From the NCBI GenBank assembly GCA_964016885.1, contig OZ024753.1, forward strand, positions 42,346,001 through 42,410,000: a DNA stretch of 64,000 nt, given 5' to 3'. Of this stretch, positions 53,063 to 64,000 are shown piece after piece; the first letter of the stretch is position 1, and each line of letters opens with the position of its first letter. The notes below the pieces were generated by a model. The model was not told the origin of the DNA, did not search any database, and was given only the letters and a program-made list of their open reading frames with translations. The stretch comes from Eledone cirrhosa. Taxonomy: Eukaryota. The position numbers were made by a program, and so were the translations under genes.

Positions 53063-53551
53063 TCTTTAGAATCACTAGATATAATATATACCATTTCCTA
53101 TCCCAGTTAGTATAATTAACCACATAAAAAATCAATTAGACCAAGCTATTAGAATAAAGGCTCCTATGAAGAAATCTCCGACAAATAACCGAAAGCAGCC
53201 CCTTCGCGGTGGCCACACTAGATTATTTATCTAACATTTCGACAGCATGTAAAAATCGACCAGATATACAGTCAACTAAACACAATTAGGTGTAAAATTG
53301 AACTTAGAAGAATTGCGTATACACCTAATTGTGTTTAGTTGACTGTATATCTGGTCGATTTTTACATGCTGTCGAAATGTTAGATAAATAATCTATGGTG
53401 GCCACCGCGAAGGGGCTGCTTTCGGTTATTTGTCGGAGATTTCTTCATAGGAGCCTTTATTCTAATAGCTTGGTCTAATTGATTTTTTATATGGTTAATT
53501 ATACTAACTGGGAGAGGAAATGGTATATATTATATCTAGTGATTCTAAAGA
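53063..53551. repeat. Near-perfect inverted repeat, about 230-bp arms and 25-nt spacer
   Basis: 53063..53294 is the reverse complement of about 53319..53551 with few mismatches; flanked by (TA)n. Confidence 0.92.
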
Positions 53552-53560
53552 TATATTTTA

Positions 53561-53598
<38 letters not shown>

Positions 53599-53654
53599 GG
53601 TTATGTGAATATATATAATTTTATGTGTAAATGTATGTATATATGTATAAATAA

Positions 53655-53739
<85 letters not shown>

Positions 53740-54051
53740 TAAATATTGAAAATAACAGGTGCATTAGGAATATTCCCGAATTTAGCACAAGTAGTGCACA
53801 AATAAATGCACATTCCACACACCACACACTTGTTCATATCTGTTGTATGTGTGTGTGTGTGTGTGTGTGAGTGAGTGTGTGAGTGTGTGAGTGTGTGAGT
53901 GAGTGTGTGAGTGTCACCATATCTATAAGTGTAATAATAGGTTGCATTCATATTATATACTTTATGTTTTTATATACATATATATATATATATACACACA
54001 CAGACACGCACACATATATATATATACACACACACACACACAGACACACAC

Positions 54052-54104
<53 letters not shown>

Positions 54105-54123
54105 CACACACAGACACACACAC

Positions 54124-54215
<92 letters not shown>

Positions 54216-54540
54216 GACAAGAGGGAAATTTTAAGTGTTTTAAACTTTCGTCTAGTACTATATCTCGTTTTTATTTTTTATTTCTCAAACAAATTTCATT
54301 TCTTGCAAGAAAATAAAATTAAAATAATAAAAAAAACCTGCCCGAAATAAGATATAAAATAAACATTTATATAAAAATTTATTTTTCAATCGATATCCCA
54401 CTTTCTGGTCTTCATATAATTCATTTTTTTATTATCATTATAGCTGTTATTGTTGTTGTTATTGTTATTTCACTCAAGATGCGTTTCAATATTGTGACTA
54501 AAAAAAAAGGCATATTTTAATATATACACACACACACACA

Positions 54541-54621
<81 letters not shown>

Positions 54622-54805
54622 GTATATATATATGTGTATATATACATATATATGTATATATATATATATGTATATATATATATTTATACACACATGCACA
54701 TATTTTGTTTTTTATTGGTATTCATTTCAAATCACATTTAGATTTTAAATTGCTTTCTCCGATGCGTGTAAAGTCAGGTGAAGGAAGACCGCCCCCTCTC
54801 TACCT

Positions 54806-55012
54806 CACCACCACCACCACTACAACACCACCACTACTCCAACACTACTACACCACCACCTCACCACCACCACCTCACCACCGCTATACCACCACCACCA
54901 CTACTTCACCACTACTCCAACACTACTACGCCACTACCTCACCACCACTACACCACCACCACCACCACCACCACCACACCCACCACCACTACTACACCAC
55001 CATCACCACTAC
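54806..55012. repeat. (CAC)n imperfect microsatellite
   Basis: Direct inspection. Confidence 0.9.
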
Positions 55013-55203
55013 CCATACAAACAAGTAATGTTACTTCATTTATATCAGTTATCTTACACAACCAAGTAATGTACTTTCTTAATTTTTATGCTGTTATTTC
55101 TAAAATAAATCACGTTGCTATCTACAATTGTGTGCCCATATAAAAAGAGCTAATATCGATATGGATTGTGTGCAATATTTCCTACACTTCCATTATATAT
55201 TTA

Positions 55204-55276
<73 letters not shown>

Positions 55277-55292
55277 ATATATATGAACGCGC

Positions 55293-55351
<59 letters not shown>

Positions 55352-55410
55352 CTAAATATATAATGGAAGTGTAGGAAATATATATATATATGAACGCGCA
55401 TTATATATAT

Positions 55411-55594
55411 GTGGATTGGCAGTATCGGTAGAGGGTCGGACGCCATACTTTCAAGCATAGTTACGTCCCCTTACGATCTGAGTTCAAATCCCGCCGAGGT
55501 TGACTTTGCCTTTCATCCTTACGGGGTCGATAAAATAAAGTACCAGTAATGAACTGGGTAATTGCTGGCCTTGTGCCTAAAAGTAGAAACAATT
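55411..55594 (+). mobile_element. tRNA-derived SINE (family A)
   Basis: Near-identical to 8973..9159. Confidence 0.85.
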
Positions 55595-55662
55595 ATATAT
55601 ATATATATATATATATATTAATTCAAAATATTAACAAATATAGACATTCGTGTGATCAAGTA

Positions 55663-55729
55663 TATTTCATTATACATATTTCAGAGGTACTGAGCTATTT
55701 ACAACAGTACGTCCTCATCAGATAAAATA
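55663..55729 (-). ncRNA. Type I minimal hammerhead ribozyme motif
   Basis: Minus strand tattttat-CTGATGA-ggacgtactg..cagtacctct-GAAA-TATGTA-TA^-atgaaata; same family as 18407 and 46058. Confidence 0.75.
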
Positions 55730-55903
55730 TGATGATGCTTGACATACCTTGACCACGTTGATGGTTAAAATTCAGTCATGGCAGTGCTTCTAATGGCAGT
55801 GCAACAGTGGAGTGCTTCTAATCTATTGTAAAACTTTATTCATTGATTTATTCATTGAACCTTGTTTAACCTTTAAATACATATACTCGTTTATATATAT
55901 ATA

Positions 55904-56099
55904 TAGGAACGAGTAGGACCCCGACGGCTGAGCTCAAGCCGTTTCGACGGCTAATTCTAAGTCCAGAAATAGCCGTCGAAACGGCTTGAGCTCAGCCGTC
56001 GGGGTCCTACTCGTTCCTATTACCCACTCTACTACCCTAAGTATTGAGTACTTTGGTGCGTTATGGTCCACCTGGTTCCTTACCACATTTCCTTCGTTA
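55904..56099. mobile_element. Fold-back pLTR-like fragment with hammerhead 3' halves
   Basis: Inverted arms with GAAACGGCT..AGCCGTC^ggggtc; same family as 45489..45686. Confidence 0.7.
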
Positions 56100-56341
56100 T
56101 ATATATATATATATATATGTATATGATCGTGCGGTTATATAGTTGTAAATATACCGGGTGTCCCCCAAAAATGTATACACGCTTCAACAACTTTCTAATA
56201 AATATTGCCTGTACAGGCAATGAAAGTGTGCATACATTTTTTTGTTACACGCTGTATATATATGATCGTGCATTATATATATGTATGAAACAATTATATA
56301 TATGTATTAACTGAAAGAGAGATAGATAGATGCATAGAGAG

Positions 56342-56456
<115 letters not shown>

Positions 56457-56601
56457 GAGAGGAATGAAGGAAAAGTTCACGGTTTGAAAGAGCAAGAAGA
56501 TGGCAGTTTAGGGTAGTACTCAATGCACGTATAGTTATAGAGCAGCTATAGATATAGGGTATAGTCCCCAACGGAGGGCCTGCTCCCTTTCTTCAACTCA
56601 T

Positions 56602-56787
56602 TGGATTGGCAGTATCGGTAGAGGGTTGGACGCTATGCTTTGCAGCATAGAGTTACTCCTCTTTAAGGTCTGAGTTCAAAATCCAGCCGAGGTTAACTTT
56701 GCCTTTTATCCGTATGAGGTCGATGAAATAAAGTACCAGTAATACACGGAGATAATTGCTGGCCTTGTGCCAAAAGTAGAAACAATT
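56602..56787 (+). mobile_element. tRNA-derived SINE (family A)
   Basis: Same head, body and tail as 8973..9159. Confidence 0.8.
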
Positions 56788-56911
56788 ATAAAGCCCTGGT
56801 GAGACTAAATAATAAGGAAGAGGCAACCTCGAAAGAGATTTGGCGTCAGCGCAGCAGAAAGCTGGAATGAAGACAGCAAAGCATTCTAACCAAAGTTCCA
56901 AAGGCTCTGCT

Positions 56912-56954
<43 letters not shown>

Positions 56955-57167
56955 CTTCACCTCTCCCCCACTTCCACAAACATGTCGTTTAACATCCGCC
57001 CTTCTTGCTAGTAAGGGTTGCATGGGCCATCACAGAACGAGGGTATTTTATCGTGGCATCTTTATTTTATCGACGGAAGTTTTCCTGTTGAAATTAATGC
57101 ATAGAAGATTTCACAGCTCTAGCATCTCTCATTTACAACCAGCCTATGAACTTTTCAGCCCACCCTC

Positions 57168-57196
<29 letters not shown>

Positions 57197-57198
<2 letters not shown>

Positions 57199-57375
57199 TG
57201 TTTCTACTTTTGGCACAAGACCAGCAATTACCCAGTACATTACTGGTACTTTATTTTATCGACCCCCGTAAGGATGAAAGGCAAAGTTAACCTCGGCGGA
57301 ATTTGAACTCAGACCATAAAGGGAGGTAACTCTTTGCTGCAAAGCATGGCGTCCGACCCTCTACCAATACTGCCA
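57197..57375 (-). mobile_element. tRNA-derived SINE (family A) with (ATT)n tail
   Basis: Reverse complement of family A. Confidence 0.8.
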
Positions 57376-57384
57376 CATAATAAT

Positions 57385-57922
57385 AAGAACAGTTGAAATT
57401 AATGTTTGTAAGATTTCACAGCTCTAGCATCATACCTTCATAGCCAGCCTATGAACCTCTCAGCTTACCTGGGTAGAAGAACAGTTTAAATTAATGTTTG
57501 TAAGATTTCACAGCTCTAGCATCACACCTTCATAGCCAGCCTATGAAGCTATCAGCTTACCTTGGTAGAAGAACAGTTTAAATTAATGTTTGTAAGATTT
57601 CACAGCTCTAGCATTACTCCTTCATAGCAAGCCTATGAACCTATCAGCTTACCTTCGTAGAAGAACAGTTTAAATTAATGTTTGTAAGATTTCACAGCTC
57701 TAGCATCACACCTTCATAGCAAGCCTATGAACCTCTCAGCTTACCTGGGTAGAAGAACAGTTTAAATTAATGTTTGTAAGATTTCACAGCTCTAGCATCA
57801 TACCTTCATAGCCAGCCTATGAACCTATCAGCTTACCTTCGTAGAAGAACAGTTTAAATTAATGTTTGTAAGATTTCACAGCCTTAGCATCACAGCCAGC
57901 CTATCAACTTCTCGGCTTACCT
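57385..57922. repeat. 92-bp tandem repeat x about 6, derived from the mariner MITE end
   Basis: Units start at 57385, 57477, 57569, 57661, 57753 and 57845; they share gatttcacagctctagcatca..ctatgaac with 2765..2810. Confidence 0.92.
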
Positions 57923-58240
57923 TTATCTATATCAGTTCTGGACAACACCAAAGAGAAAACATTCTTCCTTCATTATGGCAAAATCTGTCTAAATGGTTTT
58001 CAGTTTTACAGTTCCAGTGTGTTGTCATATTGATTTTGACATTGATACCGAATTAATTGAACGTTTATTAAGCAATACAATGTCTTGCTAAAAACATGTG
58101 ATTCCCCCCCCCCCTCCTCTTAAAGAGACAGATGACTATATTTCTGTAGATATCTAATTAAAATAATCCGTCTATCAAATATCACGAAACGGGTATTATA
58201 CCTTCATTATCTGATGACACTTTTGTCAGATTTTATGAAG

Positions 58241-58327
<87 letters not shown>

Positions 58328-58558
58328 ACACAGAGTCACACACATACACACACACAATACTCACACACACACATACTCACACACACACACATACACACCC
58401 ACACACACACAGACACACACACACATACTCACATATACATATACAGATTCACAGATATATGTATATTTAAATATTATATAATATATATATATATATATAT
58501 AATATATAATACATATAAAATATATATAATATGTTATATATCTATATCTATCTATCTA

Positions 58559-58591
<33 letters not shown>

Positions 58592-58721
58592 ATCTATCAC
58601 ATACACACTCACAAATATATGTATATTTATATATTATATATTTATAATATATTATATATATATACTATATATCTATATCTATATATATTTATATAAATAT
58701 GTATGTATATATATATGTATG

Positions 58722-58757
<36 letters not shown>

Positions 58758-59742
58758 ATGTATATATGTATGTGTTTTACTTTTCCAATATATATATATA
58801 TGTGTGTGTGTGAGAGTATGTGTGTGAGTATGTGTGCGTGTGTGAGAGTATGTGTGTGTGTGTGTATAATTATTTAATAAATCTATAAAAATCTTGCATG
58901 CTTATAAACATATATCATTATAAATTATATATAGAAAAAGCTGCTATGAACAAACCCAAATTAAAATTATGTAAGCAAAATATTAAGGTAATATTAATTA
59001 GAAACACGAATGTTTCATTACTGTAATCCATTATCGTTATAATTATTACCATTATTATTATTATTAAGTGGGGTGGATTGGCAGTATCGGTAGAGCATCA
59101 GACACCATGCTTTGCAGCATAGAGTTGTGGCCCTTTACGTTAGGTTCATAGGCTTGCTATGAAGGTGTGATGCTAGAGCTGTGAAATCTTACAAACATTA
59201 ATTTCAACTGTTCTTATTATTATTATGTGGCAGTATCGGTAGAGGGTCGGACGCCATGCTTTGCAGCAAAGAGTTACCTCCCTTTATGGTCTGAGTTCAA
59301 ATCCCGCCGAGGTTAACTTTGCCTTTCATCCTGACGGGGTCGATAAAATAAAGTACCAGTAATGCACTGGGGTCGATTTAAAGGACTACCCTTCTCCCCA
59401 AACACGAGGTTAGGCTGAAATATTCATAGGCTGACTATGAAGAAGTGATGCTAGAGCTGTGAAATCTTGTATGCATAAATTTCAATTTTTTTTATTATTA
59501 ATAAGTGGTTCGTTTCTTTCCAGGGACTACGTTGAAAAAATAAACCTCATTTGGTCATTCCATGAGAGTATCTTAGTCAGCCTATGAACTTTTCAGATAG
59601 AAATATTATATACTATATCGGAATTTCATATGAAGCCTCTCTGCTCCTTTGCATTTGGTTGGATAACCAATGTCAAACATTTAAGATATTTGCCAAATGA
59701 AATATCTTTTTTTGGCAACATAATTTGTCATTGTTGTTCCGA

Positions 59743-59794
<52 letters not shown>

Positions 59795-60061
59795 GAGAGG
59801 GGGGGGGGGTTATCTAAAGTCGTTATTTTTAAATCAGTCATTTATATATCTGATGTTACCCTCAAGAAATATATTTTTATTTGGCATATAACTGAAAGGT
59901 ATGAGAATTTAAAATAAAGATTAATGTTTTGCAAGCAATTTTGAATATAATCCTATTATCAGTTAGAATTGATTCTTACATTTTACATTATTTAAACTGT
60001 CCATTATAAATATATTTATTTAAAGAGAGGGGAATCGGCTGTTAACCTCTACTTATGTTGC

Positions 60062-60612
60062 TTTTTAAAACTCTTTTACTGCTTTCAACCATTAGACTGC
60101 GGCCACACTGGAGCGCCACATTCTTTTAAAAAATCTTTTACTGCTTTCAACCATTAGACTGCGGTCATACTGGAGCGCCACATTCTTTTAAAAAATCTTT
60201 TACTGCTTTCAACCATTAGACTGCGGTCATACTGGAGCGCCACATTCTTTTAAAAAATCTTTTACTGCTTTCAACCATTAGACTGCGGCCATACTGGAGC
60301 GCCACATTCTTTTTAAAACTCTTTTACTGCTTTCAACCATTAGACTGCGGCCATACTGGAGCGCCACATTCTTTTAAAAAATCTTTTACTGCTTTCAACC
60401 ATTAGACTGCGGTCATACTGGAGCACCACATTCTTTTAAAAACTCTTTTACTGTTTCAACCATTAGACTGCGGTCACACTGGAGCACCACATTCTTTTTA
60501 AAACTCTTTTACTGCTTTCAACCATTAGACTGCGGTCATACCGGGGCATCACATTCTTTTATTCTTTTACTGTTTCAGTTATTAGACTGCGGCCATGCTT
60601 GGGCACCACCTT
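60062..60612. repeat. About 62-bp tandem repeat x about 9
   Basis: tcttttactgctttcaaccattagactgcggccatactggagcgccacattcttttaaaaa; related to the SINE tail seen at 49940..49982. Confidence 0.92.
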
Positions 60613-60819
60613 CTTTATTAATTTCTTCAAATCCCTGCTGTCTCACCTTTGACTTTCATCCTTCAGGCTTTGATCAAATACAGTACCAGTTATGCACTTG
60701 TTGGAGCTTAGTAGTTAGATTGCTAGACACATGGGTATGAGGTTGTACATAAGATTCCTGGTCCGGGCAGTGTGTTGTGTTCTTCAGCATTACGCTTTAT
60801 TTCACGTTGCTTTTCATGG

Positions 60820-61325
60820 TTGAGACTATCTTTAAAATATCAGAGAAACCTCCTATGAGATACGACCTCGTTAGAGGCCAGCTAAACCTACATAGATGTC
60901 AGCTGTAACAACATAAGACTTATACCCCCAATCTTTAAAACACAGGAGAAACCTCCTATGAGATACAACCTCGTTAGAGGCCAATTAAACCTACATAAAT
61001 GCCAGCGATAACATCAACATAAGACTTATAACCCTTGCATTAAAACACAGGAGAAACCTCCAATGAGATACGACCTCGCTAGAGGCCAATTAAACCGACA
61101 TAGATGCCAGCGATAACATCAACATAAAAATTTGTACCCCTATAATTAAAACAGGAGAGACTTTCTATGAGATACGGCCTCGTTAGAGGTCTGATAAATC
61201 TACATAGATGTCAGTTGTAACATCAACATAAGATTTGTACCCCTATCATTAAAACACAGGAGTGACTATCTATGAGAAGTAGCTTTATAAGAGGCCAACT
61301 AAACCTACGTATATAGGAGCTGTAA
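60820..61325. repeat. About 104-bp tandem repeat x about 5 of a SINE-associated segment
   Basis: gagaaacctcctatgagatac..gaggccagctaaacctacat; dispersed monomers at 29230..29405, 21590..21670(-) and 31885..31980(-). Confidence 0.85.
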
Positions 61326-64000
61326 ATTTCAATTCAATTCATTTAATCTTTTTTCTCAAAATGGATTACCTTATGCTAATGTTTGAAATCAATATCAATA
61401 TCGAATACTGACATATATTAAATTTTAATGCTATGAAAAATAGAACCGTAAAAAAAAAAAAAAAGATCCATATATATTGAAGAACAATTGTATTTTCATT
61501 AAAAATATATCTCTAAGTATTGATTTATTTATTTTCTTTATATACCTTTCGTTTATGGGCCTACTGGATCCTAACCAATAATGGATCTTATCTGGTGTGA
61601 TTGCATATATTTAATCGAAAGTAGATATCTCTGTTTCACAACTGGATGATTTTGTGGCAAACACAAGTATAGTATTTTTAATGTATAGCTAACTCAATCC
61701 CCAAAGCTACAATTTAGTTTTAGTTTTATTTCCCAAACTTCTTTACTTTTAAGTTATTTCAAAGTATATAGCGATTGCCAAGTTATCAATTCAAATAATA
61801 ATCTGATTAAACATAGATAAATCCTCTCCATAATACTCCGGGTGCTTCTTAGAGTATGATTAATATATCTTTATATATATATATATGTATGTATATATGA
61901 TATATATATATTTATATGTTCTTTAAATTCATTTCTTTCCTCCAAAATAATGGCTTTAGGTCTGTGCTCATTAGAGGAAAGAATTTATTTTCTTTGGCTA
62001 AGGTGCTTTTCATCAAAACAAATTTATAGCGCAGAACAATAAGAAAATAATTTAATAGTATTATTTTTTTTTTTAGTTGAAAGATTAGAGAATACTATGA
62101 GCCACAAGCTAGATATATATTGTATATGAATACAAGGAAAATATTTGGTTTTTCTTTTATGATATCTGAAATCATTTATGTTCGCCTATCATCATTAGCA
62201 TTATTTGATAAAAAATGTATATATAGGGGAGAAAAAAAAATTATATTTGTATTGATTGAGAAATTTTATTTATATTTTTCTAGTCAAGTGTTTTAGAAAA
62301 TTTATTTTTATTTTATTTTATTTTATTTTATTTTATTTTATTTTATTTTATTTTATTTTATTTTATTTTATTTATTCAGTGTTTTGTGAGTTATCATAAT
62401 TTGATGATGATAGTTCAAGCAAGTCTCTCAGCTTATTTTCTACTCTGATTGGTAGAGAAAGAAGATTAGTAGTTATGGCTAATTTCTTCTCTAAAATATA
62501 GGTTTTCTGCATCATCACCATTATGTTACCATATTTTGTTTTCGAAAAATTTAAGAAAAAATTGTAGCTGAGTATTAGTGGTAAACGTATTACTAATCAA
62601 ACAGCGAACAATTTTCTTTTCTTTACTATAATAATATTTTGCATGCTACTTTCCATAACAATAATAAAACAACACATGAATAATATTAATAATAATAATG
62701 CTCTCTTCACTTCGAGTATATCAGTGTGTATTTTTTTTTTATACCTTTTTCTTTATGATATTTTAATACAATCTTTTAAAAATGTTATTGATTTTTCCGA
62801 CTTCATTGAAATAAATACCTATACGGAAAGATATATAGAAAGCTATTAGCGCATTAAGTTGAAAAATAACTAGCTTGAAGAATAGTGAACAATGATTGTA
62901 GTTGAATAGAAGAGTGTAGCAAGAGAAAGGAAACATTTGTAAACCATGTATTACCAAAAAACACGGTGTGAAGGTTGTGTGGTTAGAGTGTTTTGTACAC
63001 AATTGTTAAGATTGTGAACTTGACTCTCGTCAGTACTTCGTGTCTCTCTCTCTCTCTCACGTTGCTCCAGTTCACCCAACTGGTTCCATAGAAACACTAA
63101 ATGACTTGTACCTGTAATTAAAAAGACTTACCTTGTCACACATTGTTACATACTGTGTCACGCTGAATACCCCTAGGGGGTTGGGCAGTATCCAGAAGCG
63201 AAACTAGCCAAAATAGCGCCTATGGCAAGCAGTGAAATTGCACCCCTGCTCAAATAGACAATAGCTTATCTGACTTTAATAGAAAGTGCCCCTACTACTC
63301 CAAATGACACCCGCTCCCTCCAAGTGACACCCTCTGCCTCCAAATGACGCCAATGGCACGTTCCATGCTTGCCATACCCTAGTTATCGCCTCTGGGTGTA
63401 TTTGTGGAATGCTCAGCCACTTGCATATTAATTCCACAAATCAGGCTGTTTCATTGATCGAAACAACTGGAAGATTTGTTATCGTAACTGACAGAGATAC
63501 AACAATGGAACACAATCTTGTCTTGTTTTGGAGATATATTCAATATTATTTTACCCAGTATATTTATTTTAAAGTGTCTAGTTTTGGCAGATAAACGTCA
63601 GCAGAGAATTAAAGATGACATCGTCATAAAACCTCAATTTACATTCTCTGCAACTAATATTGGATAGTCTAATATGAGAGGGAAGCAAGTTTGGTCTGGT
63701 TATTAACTGTCCAACGACAAAAAATGAGGAATATAAATTATTCCAAACCATATAATTGCAGTACAGAAAGTAGGGAGTAAGGGTAATAAACACCATCGAT
63801 CTTTTGAGGACTATGGTTGCAAATAATGGTTGATTCCTGGGATAGAAGTAAAAAGAAAAAGTAGGAACAATGACCAGCTTACAATTTCTATGGAAGTCCA
63901 ACTACTAACACACATAAATAAGGTATTTATCCGTACTCCAGTGATTAGGGTATAATTAAATATATATAATCTTTATAATCAGCTTTTATAAGACGACAGA

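Noticed and set aside
57385-60612. CRISPR-like regular arrays (92 bp and 62 bp)
   Set aside because: Whole units repeat with no unique spacers, there are no cas genes, and the context is eukaryotic.

Overview
AT-rich, microsatellite-dense animal genomic DNA. The SINE repertoire and (TA)n/(CA)n load look octopus-like, but that is an inference. Four spliced genes were reconstructed by hand: the first coding exon of INCENP (minus, running off the left edge), an 82-aa acyl-CoA-binding protein (plus, 4 coding exons), a 281-aa HAUS1/augmin subunit (minus, 2 exons) and a complete 871-aa INTS6 (minus, 19 coding exons, one GC-AG intron). The rest is tRNA-derived SINEs, Tc1/mariner MITEs, LINE relics (CRE-, RTE- and CR1-like) and TE-derived tandem repeats. 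The main unannotated signal is about 10 intact and several decayed type I hammerhead ribozyme motifs from at least 5 sequence families. They sit in (TA)n-embedded, often fold-back modules resembling Penelope-like pLTRs or retrozymes, some in sense orientation inside ACBP and INTS6 introns, and one is a U3-A8 core variant. All homology calls come from recalled protein and RNA motifs; no searches were run.
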